A stretch of 64,000 nt of DNA from Candidatus Sulfomarinibacteraceae bacterium (GCA_963796455.1 CAWCLO010000004.1:1056001-1120000), one strand, 5' to 3'. Shown: positions 29,325 to 40,085, numbered from the stretch's first letter. Translations and numbers: made by a program. Notes: generated by a model not told the origin, from the letters alone.

Positions 29325-31037
29325 ATGAAAGGCTGTCGGAGAATACCGCCGATGCTCATCATCCTCGTGATGGTCGGGTTATCGATCACCGCTTCGCTCG
29401 AGGCCAACAGCTTCGGGATCAACGTCCACGTGCCAAACGCTACGGTCCTCGACCGTGTGACCGAGGCTGGAATCGGTTGGGTGCGAATCGACTTCCTGTG
29501 GTCACTGGTGGAACCCGAAGAAGATTTCTACGACTGGACGATGTACGACGACGTGATTGCCGAGATCGAGAACCGCAATCTTCGGATCCTGGCGAATTTT
29601 CACGGCACCCCGGGGTGGGCGACCGATGGCGACGAATTTTCCGGCGTTCCATCAGATCCGGAGCAGGTTCAGGAAATGGTCTATCTGGCGGCGAAGAGAT
29701 ATCGCGGTCGAATCCATGCCTGGGGTTTGTGGAACGAACCGAACCTCCCCCGGTTTTGGCAGGGCACTCGGGCCGAGTACATCGAGACTGTTCTTCTGCC
29801 GGGATCCGCGGGCATTCGCGCCGCCGATGCCGATGCACTGGTCTCCGCGCCGGACACGGCCCATCTCTCGAGCGGAAATTGGGACGACTGGCTTGACCGG
29901 GTGATTCGGGACGCCGGGCACGCGATCGACGTGCTCACCCACCACGTCTACCCCTCCGACGGACGGGCGGCGGAGGTCACCAACGACCTCGTCCAGGACC
30001 AACGATTTCCGTGGGAGGATCTTTCGGTCAACGAGGTTCTGACCCGGGCGGGTTGGACAGATCGGCCCTTCTGGCTCACCGAAACCGGTGTACAGAGTGT
30101 CGAGCAGGGAAACGTGGGTCAGGCCGAATTTTATGAGAATCTGCTGGTTGACTGGTTTGGATTCAACCCCGAAGCCCGCTGGGTCGATCGGGTCTTTTTC
30201 TATGAGATCCACGATCCACCGGACCCGACCCCCTGGTCCTTCGGAATTCTCTGGTCGCGACCCGATCTGGCGCGTAAACCGTCATTTTATTCTTATCGCG
30301 ATTTCATAGGTGGTGCAGTCGTCGACGATGCCGAGATCGCCAACCTCGAGGTTCCTGGAGTGGTATCACCGGGAGAATTGGTGGCTGTACCGATCACGTT
30401 CCGCAACACCGGCTCCTCGGTGTGGCGCGGATCGAGAGCGTACCGCCTCCACATTCAGAGCGATTCCTTCTGGTCGATCGCGGACCCGGATGTCATCCCC
30501 GCCGATCGCGACGTCCACCCCGGGGACACCGTGGAACTGGTATTCCGGGTTCAATCTCCGCTCTTCACGCCGAACAGCCTACGTTCGGTTGCCTCCTTTC
30601 AGCTTCGGATAGCGGATGGAGGCGGCGACCCCTTTGGCCAACCAACGACCGTAACCATCGTTTCCAGCCCGGTCGCGCCGACCGAAATCGTCGAGCATCC
30701 GCGGTCGGTGACGGTGCTCGAGGGCCGTCGCGCGGTTTTCTGGGTTGCGGCCGAAGCTTCCACCGAGCTTCGTTATCGTTGGCGACGCAACAGCGTTCCG
30801 CTCAACGATGGCGGACCAATCGCAGGGAGCCATTCGGTGCGGCTCATGGTTGACGATGTCGATATTCACCAAGTAGGCGACTACGACTGCGTCATCGAAA
30901 ATGCGGCCGGCAGCGTGATCACGGAGGCTGCAATTCTGGCGACCAGTGAGTTCACTCCTATGCGCAGCGGCAGCCGTCGTCTCTTACCGGGGATCTCGGG
31001 CAAGTTTGGCGGCAAGCGCACGAAAGCAGTTCATTGA
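29325..31037 (+). CDS. Secreted clan GH-A glycoside hydrolase with C-terminal Ig-like domains
   Basis: Signal peptide; WVRIDF, WNEPN, HVY, WLTETG; NTGSSVW Ig-like domain; Ig domain with GDYDC; start uncertain. Confidence 0.82.
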   Translation: MKGCRRIPPMLIILVMVGLSITASLEANSFGINVHVPNATVLDRVTEAGIGWVRIDFLWSLVEPEEDFYDWTMYDDVIAEIENRNLRILANFHGTPGWATDGDEFSGVPSDPEQVQEMVYLAAKRYRGRIHAWGLWNEPNLPRFWQGTRAEYIETVLLPGSAGIRAADADALVSAPDTAHLSSGNWDDWLDRVIRDAGHAIDVLTHHVYPSDGRAAEVTNDLVQDQRFPWEDLSVNEVLTRAGWTDRPFWLTETGVQSVEQGNVGQAEFYENLLVDWFGFNPEARWVDRVFFYEIHDPPDPTPWSFGILWSRPDLARKPSFYSYRDFIGGAVVDDAEIANLEVPGVVSPGELVAVPITFRNTGSSVWRGSRAYRLHIQSDSFWSIADPDVIPADRDVHPGDTVELVFRVQSPLFTPNSLRSVASFQLRIADGGGDPFGQPTTVTIVSSPVAPTEIVEHPRSVTVLEGRRAVFWVAAEASTELRYRWRRNSVPLNDGGPIAGSHSVRLMVDDVDIHQVGDYDCVIENAAGSVITEAAILATSEFTPMRSGSRRLLPGISGKFGGKRTKAVH

Positions 31038-31044
31038 GCGCGAT

Positions 31045-31869
31045 TCAGCGTCTGTTCAGCCAGTCTGAATAGAGCTCTGGACGCCGATCGCGGAGGAACA
31101 GTTCACGGGCGTGACTCTTGGCGACCTCTGAGAGATCGAGATCGGCAAAAAGAATCGCATCCTCCCCCTCCGGAGCTCGCGCAACAACCCTGCCGTCCGG
31201 TGCGCAGACGAAGGACTCTCCAGCAAAATCGAGGCACTCCTCCGCTCCAACCCGGTTGCACAGGGCCGTGAAATAACCATTCTGAAAGGCTGCCACCCGC
31301 AGTTCGGCCTCGTAGAGTCCATCGGGCCACTCCCCCACCGCGCCCGCCTGGGGCACGATCACGACCTCGGCGCCCGCGAGGGCCAGCGATCGCATGTACT
31401 CGGGATAGTGTCGGTCGTAGCAGATGGAAACCCCGATCCGGCCGGCGCTGGTCTCGAAGACCGGTGTGCCCGTATCGCCGGGTGCGTAGTAGCCCTTTTC
31501 GTGAAAACACGCATAGTCGGTGATGTGGACCATGCGGGTACGACCCAGAAGGGCCCCATCGCTGTCGATCACCGGTGAACAGTCGTAGCAGTTCTCGCCG
31601 TCCCGCTCAAAAAGATTGAGGACGACCACAACGCCGTGTTCGGCGGCTCGTTTGGAGAACAGCTCCGTCACCGGGCCCGGCACCTCTTCCGCCAGATCCT
31701 TCGGATCGCCGGCGGCCGGCCGCTGCGGGTAGAAAGGCTCGAATGCGAGTTCGGCAAAACAGATCAGATCGGCGCCGTCCGCGACGGCGCGATCGAGGGC
31801 CTCAAGCCCCCGTTTGACATTCTCCGGTCGATTCTCGGTTGCGTGTTGTTGGATCAGTGCGATACGCAT
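31045..31869 (-). CDS. Carbon-nitrogen hydrolase (N-carbamoylputrescine amidase-like)
   Basis: FAEL, ICYDRHYPE, NRVG, GESF. Confidence 0.9.
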   Translation of the reverse strand: MRIALIQQHATENRPENVKRGLEALDRAVADGADLICFAELAFEPFYPQRPAAGDPKDLAEEVPGPVTELFSKRAAEHGVVVVLNLFERDGENCYDCSPVIDSDGALLGRTRMVHITDYACFHEKGYYAPGDTGTPVFETSAGRIGVSICYDRHYPEYMRSLALAGAEVVIVPQAGAVGEWPDGLYEAELRVAAFQNGYFTALCNRVGAEECLDFAGESFVCAPDGRVVARAPEGEDAILFADLDLSEVAKSHARELFLRDRRPELYSDWLNRR

Positions 31870-31889
31870 GTGCCTCCTGCAAGCCTTGC

Positions 31890-32420
31890 CTATTTTTGTT
31901 TTGTATAGATTCCGACAAATACATGGCGCCAGTTTTCACCGCCATCGAGTGAGGTGCGCCACTGTTGGACCACCCGCCCGTCGGGCATCGGTCGCCAGCT
32001 GATCTCGTGTTCGACGGATGCGTTGCCATCGGGGGTCGGAGTTTTTCCCCGGAGCACCATTTTTCCGTCCTCGATTCCGCCGTCGAGAAGGAGCAACATG
32101 CCATTGGTGTCGACCCAGGTCTGGTGCCATTCTTCCCGGTGCTTGGCGTAGATGTTGAAGCTCGAACCACGGGTTCCCTGGGCGCCCTCCCAGTTTTCCT
32201 GGATGGCGCAACCATTGAAGACCTTTTCCACCCGATTGGTTCCCTGAAAGTTCCCCTCCTCGTCCGCTACCCGCCAGTTCCCGACCCAGAAGTCGAATTG
32301 TAAATACTCGAATGAGGTGCAGGGTTTTGCCGGCTGTGTTTCCTGGGCAACGGAAATGGTTGCCGACGCAACCACGACGACCGAAAAACAAATGGCCGCA
32401 GTGAATCTGACCGATTTCAT
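31890..32420 (-). CDS. Secreted hypothetical protein (DUF1579-like beta-rich)
   Basis: Signal peptide; QFDFWVGNW, WHQTWVD, SLDGGENW; GGAGG RBS. Confidence 0.75.
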   Translation of the reverse strand: MKSVRFTAAICFSVVVVASATISVAQETQPAKPCTSFEYLQFDFWVGNWRVADEEGNFQGTNRVEKVFNGCAIQENWEGAQGTRGSSFNIYAKHREEWHQTWVDTNGMLLLLDGGIEDGKMVLRGKTPTPDGNASVEHEISWRPMPDGRVVQQWRTSLDGGENWRHVFVGIYTKQK

Positions 32421-32448
32421 GTTTCCTCCGCTGTGTTGATGCGGATGA

Positions 32449-33042
32449 TTATGACTGATCCGGCCGTCGTCCGCGGGCAGCGCTGCAGAACTGCTGCAGT
32501 TCCGCCACATCCGCCTCGACGTCGTCGGTCGCGGGCAACGGCGCTCGAAAACGAATCTCACCCGTCGGGTAGTCGAATGCGATCGCAATGATCGGCACAC
32601 CCGCAGCCACCGCGATTCGATGAAAGCCTGTCTTCCAACCTGCAACGGCGCTTCTCGTCCCCTCCGGCGCCAGCGCCAGGATCATCTGCTCGGTTGAGCG
32701 GAACATTTCGCCAACCTGTTCGACGACGCCGCGAGGGTCGCTGCGGTTCACCGGGATCCCTCCGAGCGAACGCATGAGTATTCCCAGGGGCCCTTTGAAA
32801 AGCGTGTGTTTGCCGAGAAATCTGGCATCGAGATCGAGGGCCAGCATCGCCACGACTCCGACGATGAAGTCCCAGTTTGAAGAGTGGGGAGCGACGGCCC
32901 AGACCGCCTTGGGTGAATTGGGGACCTCGCCATGAAAGGACCAACCAGCCATCTTCATGATCAGGCGTCCAAAGGCCCGCCCAACCCGCCAGCCTCGGGT
33001 TGGCACGAGTGGTCCGAGCTGTGGGAAACAGGTGTCAGGCAT
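32449..33042 (-). CDS. Lysophospholipid acyltransferase (PlsC-like)
   Basis: PHSSNWD HxxxxD motif; APEGTR. Confidence 0.9.
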   Translation of the reverse strand: MPDTCFPQLGPLVPTRGWRVGRAFGRLIMKMAGWSFHGEVPNSPKAVWAVAPHSSNWDFIVGVVAMLALDLDARFLGKHTLFKGPLGILMRSLGGIPVNRSDPRGVVEQVGEMFRSTEQMILALAPEGTRSAVAGWKTGFHRIAVAAGVPIIAIAFDYPTGEIRFRAPLPATDDVEADVAELQQFCSAARGRRPDQS

Positions 33043-33112
33043 CAGGACGCATTATAAGCCCGACTGAACGTTTCGGATGCGCATCCGTCGTCCCTCGCGT
33101 CACGATCGGCAC

Positions 33113-33137
33113 AAAAAAACCCGCCCCGAAGGGCGGG
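33113..33137 (-). terminator. Rho-independent terminator of the TonB receptor gene
   Basis: CCCGCCC-cgaa-GGGCGGG stem preceded by A7 (U-tract on the minus strand). Confidence 0.85.
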
Positions 33138-33158
33138 CTGGAATTGCATATGCGGTGC

Positions 33159-35967
33159 TCAGAATTCGATCCGGAGGCCGATTTCCCAACTGCGCGGCAG
33201 CGACCAGCTGGTCGCCTCACCGAGGTCAAACTCGGGTGTGGGAATTCCATTGACAAAGATCACTCCGCAACCTTGGATCGCGGTGCAGACTCCAGTGACG
33301 TTTTCGCTCGAAAAGGCGTTGTAAACAGAACCGATCAAGGCCAATCGAACACCGCCGATGGAAAAACCCTTGGTCAACTGGAGATCGGTCCGGTACGCCG
33401 AATCGCCCTCACGATTGCCGCGTGGCTCGACAAAATAGAGGCCGTAGGGGATGGCCGGAAACTGTTGACCTTGCCATTCCTGACCGCTCCACGCGAAGTT
33501 CGCATGAGGTTCCCAACGAAAGGCCGAAGACCAACTCGTGTCGAAGGCGATGATCCAATCACCCTTGAAGGCGAAGAACCCGTTGAGCTTGAAGCGGTGC
33601 TGGCGGTGGTCGTTGAGATATCCGTATCGATTGTCGAAGTGCGCCGGGTTGACATCGAAGTCTTCGTTGCTGCCCTGGCTCAAGCCGAGGCTTCCCTTGG
33701 AATTGGAATAGGTATAGGAGGCGAGCAGCGTCAGCCAGTCGAAGGACCGGGTTTCGTATTTCAGGATGAACGCGTTGTAGTCCCGAGCCAGTTGCGGCAG
33801 GTTCCCCAGGACATATGAACTGCACTCAGTGGTCGGGCCGGAAAAATCCGGCAGGTTGCTGGTACAGGTGTCCTCGTAGAGATCTTTGGTCTTTTTGTCC
33901 ACATATGAGACCTCGATCGAGGCCCGGCGCCCGACTTCACGTTCGTAGGCAAGGCTGAAGGTCTCGGCATAGGTCGGCGCCAAACCCGGGGCGATGGTCC
34001 CTGGCTCGTTGCCGGTGACATTCGCCGGGTCCAACACCCAGCCCCAGGGGTCACGATCGGGATCGTAGCCCTGGCCCGAGTACCCCCATCCAAACGCGCC
34101 TGCCCAGAACTCGCACTCCGCGGGCGAAGTGATCGGAAGTCCGAACACACCAACCATGAAGCCCTGGCACGAATACCATGTTGATGTCGGTTCGACGGCC
34201 TGGCGAACGTAGTCCGGCAGACTCAATGTGCTCGGGTCCATGAACTGCCCCCAGTTGGCGCGCACCAGGTTTTTTCCGTCCCCACTGATGTCCCACGCCA
34301 CGCCGATCCGCGGCTGGAGCTTGTCCAACTCGGCGATTCGTGAACCCACCTCGTTGTCGTAGCTCACCTGGTCGTATCGGAGACCGAGCTTGAGGGTGAC
34401 AGTCCGGCCGACCCTCCACGAGTCCTGGACGAAACCGGTCCACAGCGCGCCCTTGTAGGTCGTGGTTCCCGCAGTTTCGCTCTCGATTTGAGCAAAGGGC
34501 CCCCCGAAGAAGTCCTGATACTGATAGCCGACGGACCCGGGTGAACAGGCGCCGCCGGTGGTCCCGGTGGAACAGGTGGCCGATCGAGCATCGGTCCCGG
34601 AATACTGGATCCCACCCTTGATTTCGTGCGATCCTCCAAGCCCATTGACGAACCACGTCAAATCTGTCGCTATTTCATCCCGGCTTCGCTCGGTGTACTG
34701 CTGGTTGGTGAAGTTGTCGCTCAAGGCCCCGGATGCCAGATCAAGGGTGCCTGCGGTCACGAGATCGCCAGATTGCGGCCGCAGATCCACATCGGAACGG
34801 TAGAGACCGACCATCGTGTTCCACATCAGGGAATCCGACAGCATTCCGTTCGCCTCGAAGGTCACCAGATCGATGCCTTGTTTCTGGAACGCGGCGGCCT
34901 CCGGCTCGACGAATCGAAACGCGTTTTGGTTTTTGATCTCCGCCGGTGTGCCCGCGAGTTTTGCGACGAGTCGCCATTTTTGAGAGGCTTGCCAGGTCAA
35001 CTTGAGGTCGAAATCCTGACCGCTGAACTCGCGTGTCAGCACCGAGCCGTCCGGCGTCCGTTCGGAACCGGTGTACTGGTAACCGAGGAAAAACCACAGT
35101 TTGTCCCGAAGAATCGGGCCGCCGAGGGTGAGCGCGAGGTTCTCAAAGGTGGTCTCGCGGGTTGACGAATCGTAATGGTCGCCACTCTCCTGGAAGGAGT
35201 TGCCTCTGTAGCGGATATCGGCGGTGCCGCTGAACTGATTTCCACCCGATTTGGTGATCAGGTTGACGATCCCTCCGGTTGCCCGCCCGAACTCCGCTTC
35301 GAAACCGGAAGTCTGAAACTCAATTTCTTCAAGCGCGTCAAAGTTGTAGCGCACTCCCCAGGTACCGGTGAGCGGGTCGGTTGTATCCTGGCCGTCTATG
35401 AAATAGGCGTTCTCGGAGATCGTCGAACCAAAAACCTGCGGGTTGGCATCCCCCGAACCGACCACCCCCGGGGTCTGGGCGAGCATCGAAAGGTAGCTTC
35501 GATTCGTGGCGCCGATCGCCGCGTTCTGCATGTATGTCCCGGTCAAAAACCTGTTCCGTGTTGACCTGTGTCGTGTCGACAACCGCCGCCTCGGTGGAGA
35601 CTTCGATTTCGCCCTCGAACGAGCCTTGGGGCATCTGTACAAAAAGCGATGCGGCACCCCCGAGCGGGACCTTGACTTCGTTCCGCTCCTGTCCGACAAA
35701 CCCTGAAAGCAATACACTTACGAGGTAATTTCCCGGCGCGAGACTGATGAACTGGAACTGGCCTTCGGCACCGGTCAACTGGACACGTTCACCGCCGATC
35801 AGAGCCTCCGAACCGATTGTCACCGTCGCGCCCGGTAAACCCTGTCCGCTTTCGTCAGTGACAACGCCGATCAAACGCCCCGTGGTGGTCTGAGCATGCA
35901 AACCAACGACCACCATGAGGGTGACTGCAAAAAACAGAATTGTCCTGCAATTGAACGCGCGGGTCAT
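33159..35967 (-). CDS. TonB-dependent receptor (Oar-like) with a frameshift near 35540
   Basis: Signal peptide and carboxypeptidase-regulatory-like domain in ORF 35338-35967; plug and barrel ending RIEF in ORF 33159-35717; removing one base restores ...EQVFDRTYMQN... Confidence 0.88.
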
Positions 35968-36035
35968 TTTTCTTCCTCCTTGACTCCTGCGGATATCCCC
36001 AAAAAAACAGCTAACTAAATATTATGGCACTTTTC

Positions 36036-36050
36036 GCAATTACCGTGCCA
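36036..36050 (-). promoter_or_regulatory. Sigma-54 (-24/-12) promoter for the TonB receptor gene
   Basis: Minus strand TGGCAC-GGTAA-TTGC, an exact consensus match about 70 bp upstream of the ATG. Confidence 0.8.
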
Positions 36051-36322
36051 GAAAAATCCGTTCTTTGAACAAAAAAAATGGATTTTCCGTCCGAGACACC
36101 GGACTCGAACCCGGCTTTTCGGGTGCAATTACAGTGGACTTCTTACTGTTATGATGGCTATCGGAAAACGATCCTCGAGGATCCGCACCCAGAAATGGCG
36201 ACCGTAACCGCGAAAGACACTACAATCAAGTACATCATAATGAGGTTCGTTCGTCGGCTCGATCAACGGACCCAATGGTCTCCGGCTGACAACAGGCACT
36301 TCGGACCGAGAGTGGGAAAAAA

Positions 36323-39151
36323 ATGAAACAACAGATACGAAAAAGCACCGTGAGAAGGCGATTCGAAATCGGGATATTGATCAGCCTTACGATGAGCGCT
36401 GCCGCCTTGGCCGCAGATGGCGAGCATGACCTCGTGAAAATGGCTCGAACGGAATTGGCCGCCGCGAGCGGTGGAACCGCGCGGGTCCAGGTACAGCAGG
36501 CAACGGGCACTCCCGGCATGATCCGCTTCCCGAAGGGACTCCAAACCCTGAGCGGGGACAGCGCCGAAAAACGAGCCCGCAGCTTTTTCAGCCAGTATGG
36601 ACGAAGCTTCGGAATCGCCTCTCCGGACAGGGATCTTCAGCTCGAGGCGAGCATTGTCGATCGTTACGGAATGGCCCACGTTGCATTCAGTCAAAGCTAC
36701 TTCGACGTGCCGGTATTCGGCGCCATGGTGCGCACCCATTTCAATGCCGATGGAACCCTCGCAACGGTCAACGGAACCCTGGTTCCCGGCTTGACGCTCG
36801 ATCCCGAGCCCACCATTTCGGCCGGAGAGGCATCCGACCTGGCACGGATCGCATTGGCCAAGGACCACAGTTTTCTCCCCTTTGCGTTCGACGTCGACTC
36901 CTCGCGACTCATGGTCTATCGGACGGGTCTGGCCCGCAACGTCCCTGGGGAAAACCACCTCGTGTGGGAAATCGAGGTTGCCCGCCTGCCTTCCGTACGT
37001 GAGTTCTTTTACGTCGATGCGCACTCGGGCGCCATCATCGACCGCATCCAGGGAATTCATTCTTTGACCCGATCCGTGCGCCACCAGACCCTCCAGAATC
37101 GGATCTGGAACGAGGGTGATCCACTGCCCTTCTCCGGTCTCAGTGCCAGCCAAAACATCGATGTCAACACGCTGATCAGCAGCGCAGAAGAGACCTACAA
37201 CCTGTTTTCAAACATCACCGGCGGTTCGTTCATCTCGTACAACGGCAACGACGCGGCGATGAACGCGATCTACGAAGCCGAGTTCCTCGAGTGTCCGAAC
37301 GCCTCCTGGAACGGGCTCACCACCAATTTCTGCGCCGGGCTTGCGGTGGACGACGTGATCGCCCACGAATGGACGCACGCATATACCGGGAGCACCCATG
37401 ACCTGATCTACCAGTGGCAACCGGGTGCCCTGAATGAGGCCTACTCCGACATATTCGGCGAGGTCGTCGACCTGCTGAACACGACCGGGCTCGACCAACC
37501 TGACGAGCCGCGCAATGCGGACGAATGTTCCGCGTTCTTCGGATCCGCCGGTGCCAGACTCGAGGTCGAATCACCGCAATCGGTTGCAGGATCCTACTCC
37601 GTTCGCGCCGGTGTCTTCAGCCCTGATCCGCCATGGTCCGTGAGCGGCCAACTCGAAGTCGTCAACGATGGAACGGGCGTCACCTCCGATGGTTGCCAAG
37701 AGATTGTCGGCTTCACGGCCGGTCGTATCGCCTTGATTGATCGCGGCGAATGCCCTTTCACCGACAAGGCAGCCAACGCCGAGGCGGCGGGGGCCATCGG
37801 AGTCATTGTCGTGAACAACCAGGGAGACGATCTGGTCAGCATGGGTGGCGTCCCTCCGGAAGGCTACGACACTCCTGTCATCTTCATCGGTCAATCCGAC
37901 GGAGAGAGCCTCGAAGCCGCCGCGCCCGATGGCGTCACCGCAACCATGGACCACTTGATCGCAAGCGACAATTCGGTCCGCTGGCTGGTCTCCGAGGACT
38001 CGCCCAACGGCGCGATTCGAGACATGTGGAACCCATCCTGCTTTGGTGATCCCGGTCGAGTCTCGGACTCCAACTACTGGTGCCGCGATCTCGACAACGG
38101 CGGAGTCCACATCAACAGCGGCATCCCAAATCATGCCTTCGCGCTGCTGGTCGACGGCGGAACCTCCAACGACTCCGAGATCACACCGATCGGGATGACA
38201 AAGGCCGCCCATATCTACTGGCGCTCGATGTCCGTCTATCAGGTTCCAACCACGAATTTTGCGGATCACGCCGACGCCATCGAACTCAGCTGTGCCGATC
38301 TGATCAATCAACCGATCACCGACCTCGTCACGGGAAATGTTTATCCCGAGACCATCGACGCCGGTGACTGCCAGCAGGTCACCCTCGCGCTGCAGGCCGT
38401 CGAGATGCGTCTGGAACCGACCCAGTGCGATTTTGAGCCCATTCTCGACAACCCCGCACCCATCGTGTTGCTGCCTTACGAACTTTTCTCCGAAACCTTT
38501 GAAACCGACCCCTCGGAGCGATGGACCTTGAGCAGTGAAGGAGTCTTCGAGGAGTACACACCGCGCAACTGGCGCTGGACCAACTTCCCACCGGAAGATC
38601 ACGAGGGCTCGGTTCTGCACGCGGTCAACAGCCCCTTTGTCGGCAACTGCCAGCCCGGCAACGACCAATCGGGAGTCAGCCGGGCGGAGAGCCCCGCCAT
38701 CACCCTCCCCTCGTGGACCCAGAAGGCGATGCTGATTTTCGATCACTACATCGCCACCGAGGATGGTTGGGATGGGGGAAACCTCAAGATCAGCGTCAAT
38801 GGCGGCGACTATCAACTCGTGACCGCCGAGACCTTTGAGTTCAACCCCTACAACGGCGCCATCATCGACACCGAAACAATTGACGATGAAGAGGTCAGCA
38901 ACACCAATCCTCTGGCGGGCGAAGCGGGTTACACCGGGCTCGATCAGGGCGAGATTTCCGGGAGCTGGGGCCAGTCACAGATCGATCTCTTAGCCTTTGC
39001 CGGAGCCGGAGACACGATTCGTTTCCGTTTCGACTTTGGTGTCGACGGCTGTACCGGAATCGAGGGCTGGTATCTCGATAACGTGGTGGTCAAGACCAAT
39101 GCGCCGGCCACAGCCATCGTCCGCCGCCCGTCCGGCAGGATGATCCCGTAA
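36323..39151 (+). CDS. Secreted M4 (thermolysin) metallopeptidase with propeptide and PA-domain insertion
   Basis: HEWTH, GALNEAYSD, GVHINSGI; IALIDRGECPF PA motif. Confidence 0.92.
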   Translation: MKQQIRKSTVRRRFEIGILISLTMSAAALAADGEHDLVKMARTELAAASGGTARVQVQQATGTPGMIRFPKGLQTLSGDSAEKRARSFFSQYGRSFGIASPDRDLQLEASIVDRYGMAHVAFSQSYFDVPVFGAMVRTHFNADGTLATVNGTLVPGLTLDPEPTISAGEASDLARIALAKDHSFLPFAFDVDSSRLMVYRTGLARNVPGENHLVWEIEVARLPSVREFFYVDAHSGAIIDRIQGIHSLTRSVRHQTLQNRIWNEGDPLPFSGLSASQNIDVNTLISSAEETYNLFSNITGGSFISYNGNDAAMNAIYEAEFLECPNASWNGLTTNFCAGLAVDDVIAHEWTHAYTGSTHDLIYQWQPGALNEAYSDIFGEVVDLLNTTGLDQPDEPRNADECSAFFGSAGARLEVESPQSVAGSYSVRAGVFSPDPPWSVSGQLEVVNDGTGVTSDGCQEIVGFTAGRIALIDRGECPFTDKAANAEAAGAIGVIVVNNQGDDLVSMGGVPPEGYDTPVIFIGQSDGESLEAAAPDGVTATMDHLIASDNSVRWLVSEDSPNGAIRDMWNPSCFGDPGRVSDSNYWCRDLDNGGVHINSGIPNHAFALLVDGGTSNDSEITPIGMTKAAHIYWRSMSVYQVPTTNFADHADAIELSCADLINQPITDLVTGNVYPETIDAGDCQQVTLALQAVEMRLEPTQCDFEPILDNPAPIVLLPYELFSETFETDPSERWTLSSEGVFEEYTPRNWRWTNFPPEDHEGSVLHAVNSPFVGNCQPGNDQSGVSRAESPAITLPSWTQKAMLIFDHYIATEDGWDGGNLKISVNGGDYQLVTAETFEFNPYNGAIIDTETIDDEEVSNTNPLAGEAGYTGLDQGEISGSWGQSQIDLLAFAGAGDTIRFRFDFGVDGCTGIEGWYLDNVVVKTNAPATAIVRRPSGRMIP

Positions 39152-39266
39152 GGAGAAAGGGAGAACCGTCCCGGAGGCCCTGTTGGTGATAAGGGGCGGG
39201 TATTAATAAAATTCCAAATTCCAAATTCCAAATTCCAAATTCCAAATTCCAAATTCCTGATCCCTT
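39152..39266 (+). repeat. GTGATAAGG cassette plus AAATTCC x7
   Basis: GGGAGAACCGTCCCGG...GTGATAAGG (39186); perfect heptamer array 39209-39257. Confidence 0.9.
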
Positions 39267-39331
39267 GTCCCTATTTGACCTCCCCCGTCCCAGCCTGAGA
39301 CAGCCCTTCTCCCGCACATAGCGCAGAATAC

Positions 39332-39347
39332 TGGCACGGAGCTTGCT
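39332..39347 (+). promoter_or_regulatory. Sigma-54 promoter
   Basis: TGGCAC-GGAGC-TTGCT, about 45 bp upstream of ATG 39392. Confidence 0.8.
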
Positions 39348-39391
39348 CAAACCCTGATTGACCGAAAGGCGCGACGTTTCAGGGGGTCACA

Positions 39392-39856
39392 ATGAGCAAC
39401 CCAGCAGAATTCATCGGCAAACACGAACGCGAGATCGAAGACCTGCGAGATCCATCCGCGATCCCGGATATGGTCCACGTCGTGGTTTCGACCCGTGAGG
39501 AAGAACTGTTGTGGGCCGTGTTCGACGGATTTTCCGAACTGCCCACTGTCCGCGTGACCGGTTGCTCGACCCTGCCGCAGACCCGCCAGATTTGTGCCGC
39601 CGATCCTCCGGGATACCTGATCATCGACATGACTCTGCTCGACCACGAACCGATGGACCTGATCACACTCGCCAATCTCAGCACCAGCCGCACCCATATC
39701 GTGGCGCTCACCGACCACCCGGTCTTCGAGATCGGCGCCCGCTTCGGAAAGGCCCGACTGACCTTTCTCCAGAAACCCGTATCAGCTCACGACCTGTTGC
39801 TCCTGCTCCGGCTTCGCCTCGGCGACGGGAACGAACAGCTTGCCGGTGTCTGCTGA
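39392..39856 (+). CDS. Atypical receiver-domain-like protein
   Basis: LIIDMTL, IVALT, FLQKPV follow the receiver pattern. Confidence 0.65.
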   Translation: MSNPAEFIGKHEREIEDLRDPSAIPDMVHVVVSTREEELLWAVFDGFSELPTVRVTGCSTLPQTRQICAADPPGYLIIDMTLLDHEPMDLITLANLSTSRTHIVALTDHPVFEIGARFGKARLTFLQKPVSAHDLLLLLRLRLGDGNEQLAGVC

Positions 39857-39889
39857 TTGTTGAAATCTCGTCGCAAGTTATTGAATCGG

Positions 39890-39918
39890 TTGACAAATTA
39901 ATTTAATGCTTATATATT
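39890..39918 (+). promoter_or_regulatory. Sigma-70 promoter
   Basis: TTGACA-17 bp-TATATT in an AT-rich patch. Confidence 0.75.
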
Positions 39919-39924
39919 CAATTA

Positions 39925-40085
39925 GTAGTCGAGGGGCGGCACGAGGCCGCAACTCACAAACTCGTTCGAAATCGGGCCCGTGATCCAACCATCCCCACAA
40001 CATTCGCCCACCTCAAAATCCAATCAAAATCCAACCAACCATCCCACCAGCCACACGGGCTCTCGACGAGTTTGTGTGTTCTGAT
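39925..40085 (+). ncRNA. Candidate sRNA or structured leader: long stem enclosing a C/A-rich loop
   Basis: CACAAACTCGT/ACGAGTTTGTG and GCCCGTG/CACGGGC stems enclose about 70 nt with only two G; follows a strong promoter; no ORF. Confidence 0.5.

Noticed and set aside
39925..40085. 6S RNA or retron msr-msd
   Set aside because: It has one large terminal loop and not the central bubble of 6S, and there is no adjacent RT. Kept as an unclassified candidate.
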